A stretch of DNA of 64,000 bases from an uncultured bacterium (GCA_937951485.1 CALEDJ010000045.1:59356-123355), one strand, 5' to 3'; counted from the first letter of the stretch, positions 47,369 through 57,721 are shown. Program-made: numbers and translations. Notes: generated from the letters alone by a model not told the origin.

Positions 47369-48496
47369 ATGCGATTTGATCCGGACAAATTGGGTACGTT
47401 GGTCATCAAAATCGGCACCAATCTCCTCAGCGGTCCGCGCGCATTTGATGGCCGTGTCATGGAAGAGATGGTAAAGGAAATCTGTACGCTCAAGCGCAAC
47501 CACAACTTGAATCTGTTGGTGGTGAGTTCAGGCGCGGTCGGCTGCGGCATGCGAACGCTGGGGTTGGACAAGCGGCCCGCGGCCCTGCCGATGAAACAGG
47601 CCGTCGCGGCCGTCGGACAGGCCACGCTGATGCACTACTACGAAACCCTTTTCAAGACCTATGGGGAGGGATTGACCACCGCGCAGGTGCTGTTGACGCT
47701 GGCGGACCTGGACGGGCGCAACACCTATCTCAACGTGCGCAATACACTTAATGCTCTTTTTGCGTTGAAGAAGGTGGTTCCCATTCTCAACGAAAATGAT
47801 TCCACGGCGGTCGAGGAACTGCGTTTCAGCGACAATGACACGTTGGCGGCGCGCATCGCCGCAAAAATAAACGCGGGGCTGCTCATCATTCTCAGCGACG
47901 TGGACGGCCTCTACGACCACAATCCGGCGCAGTGCGAACACGCCCGCCTCATCCCGCATGTCGAAAAGATTACCCCGGAACTGCTGCAATGCGCGGGCGA
48001 CGCGGGCAGCGTCGCGGCCACGGGGGGCATGCGCACCAAACTGGAAGCGGCCAAGATGGCGTGTATGGCGGGCGTGCCCGTGGTCATCGCCAACGGCCAC
48101 CACCCGAAGATCATCCACGGCGTGCTGGACGGCAGCGCGCCCTGCACCACCTTCGCGCCGTCGCGCGGCGGCATGTCGCACCGTAAACGATGGATTGCCT
48201 TCGGCCGCACAACCCACGGCGCGCTGCAGGTGGACGAAGGCGCGCGCAACGCCCTGGTCAATCAGGGCAAAAGCCTGCTGGCGGCGGGCGTGGTCGCCGT
48301 CGAAGGCGATTTCAAAGCCGGCGATGCGGTCCGAATCAAGGACCTGGCGAACAACGACATCGCCCGAGGGCTGGTCAACTATTCCAGCGATGAGGTCCGC
48401 AGGATTCAAGGACGCAAAAGCAGCGAGATCACCGCAGTCCTCGGTCACAAGGATTTCGACGAGGTCATCCACCGCGACAACATGGTGCTGCTTTAA
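47369..48496 (+). CDS. proB: Glutamate 5-kinase
   Basis: VIKIGT, VSSGAV, AAVGQ, NENDS, DNDTLAA, TGGMRTKL; C-terminal PUA domain IHRDN. Confidence 0.97.
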   Translation: MRFDPDKLGTLVIKIGTNLLSGPRAFDGRVMEEMVKEICTLKRNHNLNLLVVSSGAVGCGMRTLGLDKRPAALPMKQAVAAVGQATLMHYYETLFKTYGEGLTTAQVLLTLADLDGRNTYLNVRNTLNALFALKKVVPILNENDSTAVEELRFSDNDTLAARIAAKINAGLLIILSDVDGLYDHNPAQCEHARLIPHVEKITPELLQCAGDAGSVAATGGMRTKLEAAKMACMAGVPVVIANGHHPKIIHGVLDGSAPCTTFAPSRGGMSHRKRWIAFGRTTHGALQVDEGARNALVNQGKSLLAAGVVAVEGDFKAGDAVRIKDLANNDIARGLVNYSSDEVRRIQGRKSSEITAVLGHKDFDEVIHRDNMVLL

Positions 48497-48646
48497 GTTC
48501 CCGGTCATATGGACTGCATCGGCGTCGCCAGCGGGTCATGGGTACTTGCGCGCATCGCAATACCGGCATCTTCTGAAGTCGCCCCAAAAATAGTCTGCGA
48601 TTTGAAATGGCGGCTCGTCGGGCCCCGTGGTTGATGCAACGGGCGA

Positions 48647-51493
48647 TTATTCCGGACTGAGGGCGGCGCGCCAGCCGTCCAGCGGCCCGCCGTCGGGCGT
48701 GCGCAAGCGCGCGCAGGCCGACCACTCGCCCGCGCCCTGCGTAATTTTCAACAGCAGGGTGTTCCATCCGGCGGGCAGGCGCACCGCAACCTTGTCTTCA
48801 TTGGGCGTGCAGCCCCTCGTGACGTTGTTCGCGTGCACGACTTCGCCGTTCAGCCACACCTTGATGCCGTCGTCACTGCCCAGTTCCAGCACGGCGTCGC
48901 GCGCGGTGTCCGACCACACGAAACTGCGCAAATAGGCCGCGCGGTCGTTGCCGCCGTAGAACTTGTCCAGTTCTATCAGGAACGGGCGGTCCACGTTGGT
49001 TCCCGGCGGGATGACCTGCCAGGAGACGGGCGCGTCGGCCTGCTCCGGCGGAAACGGTATGTCGAACAAGTCGGTGTGCGACACGCCTTCGGCGGCATAC
49101 GGCCCGGCGGCCATCCATGCGGTGATGAATTGAACGAATCTGGCGATCTGCGCGAGGATTTTCTCCGCCTCTCCTCTCACAAAATCGCTGTCGGTCGCGT
49201 TCATGATTTGCGTCAGCGCCGCTTTGGTTTCCTGCGGATAAACGCCGCTGACATTGGCCGCGATTTTCACCACTGCCACCTCCGCTTCGGCCTTCAGTTC
49301 GGCGTCCTCCAGATGCGCGGCGGCCATGCGCAGCGCGGCGATGTTGGCGGTGTTCGCCAGTGCGCCGAGCACCATTTTTTTCTGGTCGGCGTTTGCGGCC
49401 AGTAGCATGGCCTCCTGATAGCGGCGGGCGGCGTCTTCGGCGGGGCATGCGCCCGGCAGGCCGACCAGCCGCACATAGCCGCCCAGCGCGAGCGCGCCCT
49501 GCGACGTGCCGGCGGCGGCGCGCGCCACATCTCCCAGGGTTTCCATCGGCGCCGGATTGGGCCAGTCCGACAAGGCGCGGAGGGCCGTATTGCGCAGGGA
49601 GTCGGTCGGGTCCTCCAAGGCCGCATAGAGGATGGGCAGCGCGGCATCGGCGCGGGTGGCGCCCAAGCCGCCCAGTGCGGCTTCCTTTTCCGCGACGTTT
49701 CCTGCCAAGGTCAGGGCCCGCTGGTAATGCGCCACGGTTTCCGCGATGGGTCGCTCCGGGTTCAGCCCGATCATGCGGATATAGCCGCGAAGCGCGGCCG
49801 CGCCTTCCGGCGCGTCCCGATGCTTCTCCGCGATGTATGCCAGATCGCTCATCGGCGCGTCATTCGGCCAGACGCCCAGCGATTCAATCACCGCCATATT
49901 CAGCGCCGGGTCGTCCGCTGCGAGCGCTTCGCGCAGCGCGGGCAGCCCTGCCTCGGAGCCTATGCGGCCCAGCGCGACCAGGAGGCGCGCCTTGACGGGC
50001 GCGTCCTTCTCGGCTTGTATCGCTTTGAGCACGGCGGCGGGCCGGGCGCTTTCATCCGGAATTTTCGCCGCGATGACGGCGATGCTCTCCTGAATTTGTT
50101 CAACGGCATCCGAGTCCGCTGTCCGGATCAGTATGGAAACAAGGCCGGGCAGGATTTCGGGCGTTGCGACAGCGCGCAGCGCGTCATGCGCTTCTGCGCG
50201 CACTCCGGCATCATCGTCTTGCGCACAGTTCAGCAGGACCTTTGCGGCCCCGGCATGGCCGCGCGCGCCGGCGGCGCGGAGCAGTTCCTTTTTCACCGGC
50301 GTGTCGGCCCTGGGAATCGCGTTCACAATCGCCGCGTCCGCCTTTTTGCCGCGCAGCCGCGCCAGGCTTTCGCGCGCAGTGCGCGCTTCTGCGCCTTCTG
50401 CGGTTGCCGCGCGTTTGGCCAGCGTCGGCACGGCGTCCGCGTCGCCGACCGTTGCGAGGGCGCGGATCGCCGCGAGCCGCACGGCTGGGTCGGCGCTGTC
50501 CGCCGCTGCGATCAGATGCTGTTCCGCCGCGCCGGAACCACGGTCAGCGAGGGCGGCGATCAGTTTGACCTGTACGGAGGTCTCCAGGCTTGCAAGTTTC
50601 GCGGCGATATTCTCAACGGCCTTGTCCGATGCGACATTTCTGACGGCCACCGCTGCGACGGCCTGCATGGCCGGGTCGTCACTCCGGAGCGTGTCCGTGA
50701 TGATGTCGCCCGCACGCGCACCGCGCGCGGATGCGATACGCCCGCGCAGGGCGGCGGCGCGAATGGCGGGGGGGGCCCCGGGGTCGTCCAATTGCTCATA
50801 AAGTGCGGCGGCTTTTCGGCGCTTGTTTTGCGCCATGAAATGATCGGCGCATTGGAGACAGGCATCGGCGGCGGCCAGGCGCAGGTCGCCGCGCGCCTGT
50901 GCGCGAATCCTGCGGAGGGCCGCGGCGGCATCATCGCCACCGATGCGCCCGAGGGCGGCGACAGCCGCCAATGATTCTTCGTCCGCCGCATCGCCGACCA
51001 GTTCTTCCAGAACGGGGACGGCGCGCGCGTCGCCGCGCTCGCCCAGTGTGCCGATGACGCCGATACGGTGCGACCCCGTCAATGCGGGCAGGGCGTCGAG
51101 CAGGGTTTGCGTGGCGGCGGCGCCGGGGATGCGCTGCAGGGCCAGGCGCGCCATGTCCGACGTGGCCGGCGTCACCAGCATCTTTCCGAGCACCGGCAGC
51201 GACGCCGTACCGCCGATTTCACCCAGTTTCATGCAGGCGTATTGTTTCGCGGGCAGGGTGGCGTCCGATTGCAGCAGCGCAAGGAGCCGCCCCTCCAAGT
51301 CTCCGAGCGGGGCGCGCGCGCCCAATGCGTCGCGAATGACGGCGTCCATCGCCATCTGCGCTTCGAGGCTGTCGCCATACTCATAGGCGGCAATTTCCCG
51401 CAGCAGCGCGTCCACATCGGCGGATGCCGTTACTGTTGTGGTGACGGCCAACAACGCCAGAGTGGCTGCCATCAGGTTTTTCCATGCATTCAT
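48647..51493 (-). CDS. Secreted HEAT-repeat protein with a C-terminal PA14-like beta domain
   Basis: Signal peptide; many ALGRIG-type HEAT repeats; C-terminal LELGSDDGIKVWLNG...GWNTLLLK. Confidence 0.82.
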   Translation of the reverse strand: MNAWKNLMAATLALLAVTTTVTASADVDALLREIAAYEYGDSLEAQMAMDAVIRDALGARAPLGDLEGRLLALLQSDATLPAKQYACMKLGEIGGTASLPVLGKMLVTPATSDMARLALQRIPGAAATQTLLDALPALTGSHRIGVIGTLGERGDARAVPVLEELVGDAADEESLAAVAALGRIGGDDAAAALRRIRAQARGDLRLAAADACLQCADHFMAQNKRRKAAALYEQLDDPGAPPAIRAAALRGRIASARGARAGDIITDTLRSDDPAMQAVAAVAVRNVASDKAVENIAAKLASLETSVQVKLIAALADRGSGAAEQHLIAAADSADPAVRLAAIRALATVGDADAVPTLAKRAATAEGAEARTARESLARLRGKKADAAIVNAIPRADTPVKKELLRAAGARGHAGAAKVLLNCAQDDDAGVRAEAHDALRAVATPEILPGLVSILIRTADSDAVEQIQESIAVIAAKIPDESARPAAVLKAIQAEKDAPVKARLLVALGRIGSEAGLPALREALAADDPALNMAVIESLGVWPNDAPMSDLAYIAEKHRDAPEGAAALRGYIRMIGLNPERPIAETVAHYQRALTLAGNVAEKEAALGGLGATRADAALPILYAALEDPTDSLRNTALRALSDWPNPAPMETLGDVARAAAGTSQGALALGGYVRLVGLPGACPAEDAARRYQEAMLLAANADQKKMVLGALANTANIAALRMAAAHLEDAELKAEAEVAVVKIAANVSGVYPQETKAALTQIMNATDSDFVRGEAEKILAQIARFVQFITAWMAAGPYAAEGVSHTDLFDIPFPPEQADAPVSWQVIPPGTNVDRPFLIELDKFYGGNDRAAYLRSFVWSDTARDAVLELGSDDGIKVWLNGEVVHANNVTRGCTPNEDKVAVRLPAGWNTLLLKITQGAGEWSACARLRTPDGGPLDGWRAALSPE

Positions 51494-51541
51494 AACCGTA
51501 TCCTTCATATGCATCGGCGGTGCGCCGGTTGATGTCTTCAA

Positions 51542-52843
51542 TCACAGATGCCAGGGGCTGCGCATGGCGCGGGAAAGCAGTCGGTCCGCTTCCGGGTCAT
51601 TGACGAAGCGCTCTTTTTTCGGGTCCCAGCGCACCTTGCGCTCCAGTTTCATGGCGATCATGCCGAGATGGCCGACCATGACGGAGTGGTGGGCGACTTC
51701 CGCCGGCGTGATCGTTTCCGCGCGCGTGCGCACGCAGTCCAGGAAATTGCCGATGTGGTGGCTGCTCTCATAGAGGTGGATTTCGTTCGGGCCGATGACG
51801 CTGTCGAGCAGCGACTTGGGATGCGCGTCAATCCGGCCGCGCGTCACATAGACCCAGCCTTCCGAACCCACGAAGCGCGCGCCCCCTGGATTCTTCGAAC
51901 TCACATGCATCGTGAAACCTTCGGCATACTTGCAGGTGAATTCATAGTCCGGCGGCGCGTCGAAGATGCCGTCTTCCGCCGTCGGCCATACGGCCTTGCC
52001 CTCGATTTCCACCGGCGCGCTGCGCTCGGTGTTCATTCCCCAGTGCGCGATGTCAATGTGGTGGCCGGCCCAGTCGGTGAGTTGGCCGCCCGCATAATCC
52101 ATAATCCACCGGAAATTCCAATGGCACCGCGCCGGGCAGTAGGGTTTCCAGGGGGCGGGCCCCAGCCACATGTCGTAATCGAAATCCGGCGGCGGCGCTT
52201 CGGGCTTTGTGCCGCCCTCGTGGATGCTGTTGCCCGAAGGCAGCCCCACTTTGACCAGTTTCACCTCGCCGATGCGGCCGTTGCGCACCAGTTCGCAGGC
52301 GAAACGGAAATGCTGCTGCGAACGCTGCCAACTCCCCGTTTGCCAGATGCGGCCATATCTCGCGACCGCGTCGCAAATCGCGCGGCCTTCCGAGATATTG
52401 TAGGCGAGCGGTTTTTCGCCGTAGATGTCCTTGCCCGCGCGCGCGGCCATGATCGCCGGAATGGCGTGCCAGTGGTCGGGCAGCGCCAGCGACACGGCGT
52501 CAATGTCCGCGCGGGCGATCACCTCGCGAAAATCGCGATACGTTGCGCAGTCCTTGTTTTCGTAGCGGTCGTTCACCTTGTCGCGTGCGCGGTTGAGGTG
52601 CTTTTCGTCCACATCGCACACGGCCACCACCTGCGCGTCATGACGCCCCAGAAAGCCTTCCATGTTCGCCGTTCCCATGCCGCCCATGCCGATACAGCCG
52701 ATCGTGATCCGATTGCTCGGCGCGGTCGCGCCGTTCAGGCCCAGGGCGGAGCCGGGGATGATGTACGGAAACGCCGCGGCGACAGCCGCAGCCCCTCCCG
52801 CCCGTTTCAGAAATTGCCGCCGTGTTACTGTTTTTCCACGCAT
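51542..52843 (-). CDS. Tat-exported Gfo/Idh/MocA oxidoreductase
   Basis: TRRQFLK Tat motif; IGMGGMG, PDHWH, YGEKP, QTGSWQRS, DWAGHHID. Confidence 0.93.
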   Translation of the reverse strand: MRGKTVTRRQFLKRAGGAAAVAAAFPYIIPGSALGLNGATAPSNRITIGCIGMGGMGTANMEGFLGRHDAQVVAVCDVDEKHLNRARDKVNDRYENKDCATYRDFREVIARADIDAVSLALPDHWHAIPAIMAARAGKDIYGEKPLAYNISEGRAICDAVARYGRIWQTGSWQRSQQHFRFACELVRNGRIGEVKLVKVGLPSGNSIHEGGTKPEAPPPDFDYDMWLGPAPWKPYCPARCHWNFRWIMDYAGGQLTDWAGHHIDIAHWGMNTERSAPVEIEGKAVWPTAEDGIFDAPPDYEFTCKYAEGFTMHVSSKNPGGARFVGSEGWVYVTRGRIDAHPKSLLDSVIGPNEIHLYESSHHIGNFLDCVRTRAETITPAEVAHHSVMVGHLGMIAMKLERKVRWDPKKERFVNDPEADRLLSRAMRSPWHL

Positions 52844-53009
52844 GCCGCGTTCTCCCATGTTCGGGTTGTGTGTTGAAGTGCGTGTGCCGCCTGTTGAGAG
52901 ACACGGAACGATTATAAGACCTCGGGGATGCGCCGGCAAAGAAATAAAGGAGGAGGACAACAAGGACAACCAGACTTGTCCATATTCGCTTTGAGGTATC
53001 GGTGTTTTC

Positions 53010-53948
53010 CTATCGGCGGCGGCGGGCGGCATGGGCGATGCCCATGGCGTTGATCTCGATGTCTGTACCGAGCCAGGAGAGATCGAAATCAATATCCGAT
53101 ACATTGCACCAGCGCAAATGCGCTTCGGTCGCTTCCTGAACGCGGTTCCGGCAGAAGGCATCCAGCGTTTCCTCGGGCTGAAGCACGGCGTCGTGGAGAA
53201 TGGCGGTCAGTTGGTCCAGGAAACGCAGCAGCATTTCCCCGGCCTGCTTCAAATTCGTGTGGATGCCGAAGTGCGGCAGGCAGGCGTGCTGCGCGCCGGT
53301 GGCGAGAATACGGTGGACGGTTTTCCGGGCCTCGTCCGGGTCGAAATCGGGCGGCGCGCTGGTGGCCACATAAAACGGCGGGCCGGGCCGCACGCTTTCG
53401 TTCAATCCCAGACCGAACGCGTCGCCGGTGAAAATCGTTTTTTCGCGGGGGTCCAGAATGCACATGTGGTGGGTGGCGTGGCCGAGGGTGTGCATGAAGC
53501 GCAACTCGCGCGAGCCCCATTGCAGGGTCTCGTTGTCGGCGATGGAACGCACACGATCCGCCGGGACGGGTTTTATCTCGCCATACAATTCGGCGAAGGC
53601 CGCCGCGCCATAGACCGCGGTCGCGCCGGCAACGAGTCGCGCGGGGTCAATCAGGTGTCGCGCGGCCTTCGGGTGCGCCAGCGCCGTTGCGTTGGGGCAG
53701 GCCTCGAGCAGCGCCGCCGTGCCCCCGGCATGGTCCAGATGGACATGGGTGATGATGGCGTATTCCACGTCTTCCGGGCGTCGGCCTGCCTTCGCCAGGG
53801 CGTCGAGCAGGTGCGGCAGGGCGCGCGCCGTGTTGTTGTCCACAAACGCGGCGCGGTCTTCTTCCAGCAGCAGGTAGGCCGCCGCGCGCTGCGGCGCGGC
53901 ATAATGACAATCCACCGCAATGACATTGGGTATGGGGTCAACCGACAT
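53010..53948 (-). CDS. MBL-fold metallo-hydrolase
   Basis: THVHLDHAGG, GHATHH, FTGDAFG, LPHFG. Confidence 0.92.
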   Translation of the reverse strand: MSVDPIPNVIAVDCHYAAPQRAAAYLLLEEDRAAFVDNNTARALPHLLDALAKAGRRPEDVEYAIITHVHLDHAGGTAALLEACPNATALAHPKAARHLIDPARLVAGATAVYGAAAFAELYGEIKPVPADRVRSIADNETLQWGSRELRFMHTLGHATHHMCILDPREKTIFTGDAFGLGLNESVRPGPPFYVATSAPPDFDPDEARKTVHRILATGAQHACLPHFGIHTNLKQAGEMLLRFLDQLTAILHDAVLQPEETLDAFCRNRVQEATEAHLRWCNVSDIDFDLSWLGTDIEINAMGIAHAARRRR

Positions 53949-54256
53949 CTTCAGGTGTCCTTTCTCCGCACAGCGAAACGCAATGATGGAGGCATTCGCG
54001 AAATGGGCGTTCCGGTTCTCAGTTTCATCTGAAATCCCTGATATTTCGTGTTCTTATGCGCAAAGAGTCCATTTCACAAATGCCTCAATGATACAAAGCC
54101 ACAAGGCTTCGGACAAATTCCCGGATTTTCAAGCGAACGGAGCATTCGATATCTTCTGCAGCGACTGCTCTTATGGTTGTGCCGCGTATTGTCGTGATAT
54201 GATCGCCCCACACGTATCAACCGCGAACGGATTGTTATTGCAGAAGGTTTGTTTGC

Positions 54257-55534
54257 ATGAAACTTGTGGTGGAAGGCGCGCCCTTGCGGGGCGCGGTGGA
54301 AATTCCCGGATCGAAATCGCACACGATCCGGGCGGTGGCGATTGCGGCGCTGGCGTCAGGCGAAAGTCTTATTGAACAACCATTGATCTCAGAGGATGCG
54401 TGGTCCGCCTTCCGGGCCTTCCGTGCTTTTGGCGCGGATATCCGGGACGAGGGCGCGGCCTGGCACATCAGGGGAACCGGCGGCCAACTTGCCGCACCGG
54501 ACAATGTCATTGACGTGGCCAATTCAGGCACGACCATGCGGATTGCTCTGGGCAGCGCTACGCTGGTGCGCGAAGGCATCACCGTGCTCACCGGCGACGA
54601 TCAGGTGCGCCGCCGTCCCTGCGGCCCGCTGGCCAAGGCGCTCAACGACCTCGGCGCGCGCGTGCGCGCAACGCGCGGCGGCGGAACGCCGCCATTTGTG
54701 GTGGAAGGCGTGCTGCGCGGCGGCGAAACGACGATGGAGGCGGTCACCAGCCAGTATGTGACCTCATTGCTGATCAACGCGCCGCTCGCCGAGGGCGACA
54801 CGCATCTGTGCGTGCCGGCGCTGAACGAGAAGCCGTATGTGCAGATGACGCTGGACTGGCTCGCGCGCCAGCAGATTCGCGTGGATTACGCGCCCGACCT
54901 CAGCGAATTCCATATTTACGGCAGCCAGCGATATTCGCCCGTGCGGCGGCGCATCCCCGGCGATTTTTCGTCCGCGACCTTCTTCCTTGCCGCAGGCGCC
55001 CTCTCCGACAATGATGTGATCTGCAAAGGGCTGGACTTAAGCGACACGCAGGGCGACAAAGCCGTGATCGACTACCTGCGCGCCATGGGCGCGAAGATCA
55101 CCGTTTCCGATGATGGTATTCGCGTGCAGGCCGCGCCGCTGACGGGTTGTGAAATTGACTTGAACGCGACGCCCGACGCCCTGCCCATGATGGCCGTCAC
55201 AGGCTGTTTCGCGCGCGGCGTCACGCGGCTGGTGAATGTGCCGCAGGCGCGCCTGAAGGAAACCGACCGGATCGCCGTCATGCGGATGGAATTGGAAAAA
55301 CTCGGCGCGAAGATAGCCGAGTTGCCCGATGGCCTGGTGATTGAAGAAAGCGCCCTGCGCCCCGGCGAAGTGGACGGCCACGACGACCACCGGGTGGTCA
55401 TGGCGCTCGCCATCGCGGGGTCCATGCTGCCCGGCGCCACCGTCATCCACGGTTACGAAGCGGTGAACATCACTTTTCCCACGTTTGTAAAGGCATTTCA
55501 GGGACTGGGCGGCAGGGCGCGCATCATGGATTAG
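54257..55534 (+). CDS. aroA: 3-phosphoshikimate 1-carboxyvinyltransferase
   Basis: PGSKS, NSGTTMR, TSQY, GDFSSA, RLKETDRI, DHRVVMA. Confidence 0.96.
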   Translation: MKLVVEGAPLRGAVEIPGSKSHTIRAVAIAALASGESLIEQPLISEDAWSAFRAFRAFGADIRDEGAAWHIRGTGGQLAAPDNVIDVANSGTTMRIALGSATLVREGITVLTGDDQVRRRPCGPLAKALNDLGARVRATRGGGTPPFVVEGVLRGGETTMEAVTSQYVTSLLINAPLAEGDTHLCVPALNEKPYVQMTLDWLARQQIRVDYAPDLSEFHIYGSQRYSPVRRRIPGDFSSATFFLAAGALSDNDVICKGLDLSDTQGDKAVIDYLRAMGAKITVSDDGIRVQAAPLTGCEIDLNATPDALPMMAVTGCFARGVTRLVNVPQARLKETDRIAVMRMELEKLGAKIAELPDGLVIEESALRPGEVDGHDDHRVVMALAIAGSMLPGATVIHGYEAVNITFPTFVKAFQGLGGRARIMD

Positions 55535-55740
55535 ACACGGCGACCAGGGATGTTTTCCCTTGTCCTGACCTATTGCCGTTTGTCACTTTGCTCTGTCTGA
55601 GAGGTTGGGCTACAATGAAAACCACTCTCAGAAAGAGCGGATAAGAAAAGAGTTTTCCGGACTGTGCGTGTTCATTTCGAGGGTATTGGCGTCAAGCGCT
55701 GTCCCCTGTGAGCGGTCAGCCCGATGAAAGAAAAAGAACC

Positions 55741-55965
55741 ATGACAACCTATCGGTTTGCGGCTGTAATTGAGAAGGATGAAGACGGTTGCCACGCCTTC
55801 TGTCCGGAACTGCAAGGATGCTGCCCGAGCGGCCGCACATTTGAAGAAGCGCGTCAAAACCTTATTGATGTTGTGCGCCTGCATGTAGAGGACCGCGTGG
55901 CCGACGGGGAAGAAGTCAGATCCGTCGAGAGTGTCAATCTGACCGGCCTGGAGATTGCCGCATGA
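55741..55965 (+). CDS. hicB: HicB-family antitoxin (short form)
   Basis: VIEKDEDG..AFCPELQGC...GRTFEEARQNL.D...L. Confidence 0.85.
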   Translation: MTTYRFAAVIEKDEDGCHAFCPELQGCCPSGRTFEEARQNLIDVVRLHVEDRVADGEEVRSVESVNLTGLEIAA

Positions 55966-56041
55966 GCGACCGGGCGCCCCGCCTTACCGCCCGGGAGATT
56001 ATTCGGGTAATCGTACGCAGAGGATTCACGTTTGGTTCGTG
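55962..56041 (+). pseudogene. hicA: Truncated/frameshifted HicA toxin remnant
   Basis: ATGA-coupled to hicB; MSDRAPRLTAREIIRVIVRRGFT matches the HicA N-terminus; an extra T shifts (L)VR out of frame and the GSH motif is absent. Confidence 0.7.
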
Positions 56042-56098
56042 TTATGATCGGGCTTTTCCGCCGATTCCGGCGCATTTTTCCTGGAGGCAGGGACACAC

Positions 56099-57721
56099 GT
56101 GAATATCGTCATCATGGGACCCAAAGGCGCGGGGAAATCGTCTGTGGGGCGCATTCTCTCCGAAATGACCGGCATGCCCACCGTCGAGACTGACGCGATG
56201 GTGGAAGAACTGCATGCGCAACGTGACGGCCACCGGCTGAGTTGCCGCGAGATTTACGCCGAGCACGGCGAGCGGTTCTTCCGTGACCTGGAACGGCAGG
56301 TCGCCGTCGAGGCGGCGCGTCTCGACTGGCACCTCATCATCACCGGCGGGTCGCTCATGCTCGATCCGATCGCGCGGCGCAGCCTGCGCGCCGGGGCGCT
56401 GCTGGTCTATATGGTCGGCAAGCCCGATGTGCTCTGGCAGCGCGCTATCCAGCAGGGCGTTCCGCCATGGCTCAGCGGTCCCGACGGCCCGATCAAATAT
56501 GAGGAACGGATCGCGGTACAAGAAGACATCCTCCGGCCCTACGCCGACATTCTGATTGACACCACCGAGGGCAGCCCTGAGGAACTTGCGGCCATGGTCG
56601 CCGACCGGCTCGCCCAGGAACTCGCCATCCACAGCCGCGCCGCCAACACCTTCGGCGAACTTATCCGGGTCACGACCTTCGGCGAAAGTCATGGCCCCGC
56701 CATCGGCGCGGTGTTTGACGGTATCCGACCGGGTATTCCCATTTCCGAAGAGGTTATCCAGCGGGAACTGGATCGCCGCCGCCCCGGTCAGAGCGCCGTC
56801 GTCACCCGCAGAAAGGAATCGGACACTGTCCACATCCTCTCCGGCGTTTTCGAGGGCAAAAGCACCGGCGCGCCCATCGCGATGGTGATTTACAACGAGG
56901 ATCAAAAATCCCAAAACTACGACGCGATCAAGGATTTGTTTCGGCCCGGCCATGCCGATTGGACCTTCTACAAGAAATACGGCATCCGTGACCATCGGGG
57001 CGGCGGGCGATCTTCCGGACGGGAGACGGCGTGCCGTGTGGCGTGCGGGGCCATAGCGCGTGAAATCCTTGCGGCACGGGGGGTGCGCATCGTCGCGCAC
57101 GCTGTGGAAATCGCCGGCATCGCCGCCCAGACCTGCGATTATGAGGTAATCGAGCAGAACCCGGTCCGCTGCGCGGACCCCGTCGCGGCGGAAAAGATGA
57201 CCGAGGCTATTCTCGCCGCGCGCAAAGACCGCGATTCCGTCGGCGGCGTCATCCAACTCGACATCCTCGGTGTGCCGCCCGGTCTGGGCGACCCGGTTTT
57301 CGCCAGACTCGACGCCCGGCTCTGCGCCGCCATCATGACCATTGGCGCGGTGAAGGGCGTGGAAGTCGGTGATGGATTCCGCCTGGCGCGCCTGCGCGGC
57401 AGTGAAGCCAACGACAACATGGCCGACGGCGACTTTCTCAGCAACCACGCGGGCGGCATTCTCGGCGGCATCAGCACGGGCGCACGGATTGTCCTCCGCC
57501 TCGTGGTGAAGCCCACGTCGTCCATCGCCAAGGAACAGCGGACCCTGGATATCCACGGCAATAATGCCACCATCGAAGTGCACGGGCGCCATGATCCCTG
57601 CATTGTGCCCCGCGCAGTGCCCGTCGTGGAAAGCATGGCCGCCCTCGCCCTGCTTGACGCCTGGGAAATCCAGGCGCGGCTGCGCCCCGAATGGGCCGCC
57701 CAATGGGAAAAACAAGTGTGA
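56099..57721 (+). CDS. aroC: Shikimate kinase - chorismate synthase fusion (AroK-AroC)
   Basis: N-terminal GPKGAGKSSVG, GERFFR..E, TGG; from about aa 181 NTFG...TTFGESHG, RPGHAD, GGRSSGRET, GRHDPC in one continuous frame. Confidence 0.93.
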   Translation: MNIVIMGPKGAGKSSVGRILSEMTGMPTVETDAMVEELHAQRDGHRLSCREIYAEHGERFFRDLERQVAVEAARLDWHLIITGGSLMLDPIARRSLRAGALLVYMVGKPDVLWQRAIQQGVPPWLSGPDGPIKYEERIAVQEDILRPYADILIDTTEGSPEELAAMVADRLAQELAIHSRAANTFGELIRVTTFGESHGPAIGAVFDGIRPGIPISEEVIQRELDRRRPGQSAVVTRRKESDTVHILSGVFEGKSTGAPIAMVIYNEDQKSQNYDAIKDLFRPGHADWTFYKKYGIRDHRGGGRSSGRETACRVACGAIAREILAARGVRIVAHAVEIAGIAAQTCDYEVIEQNPVRCADPVAAEKMTEAILAARKDRDSVGGVIQLDILGVPPGLGDPVFARLDARLCAAIMTIGAVKGVEVGDGFRLARLRGSEANDNMADGDFLSNHAGGILGGISTGARIVLRLVVKPTSSIAKEQRTLDIHGNNATIEVHGRHDPCIVPRAVPVVESMAALALLDAWEIQARLRPEWAAQWEKQV

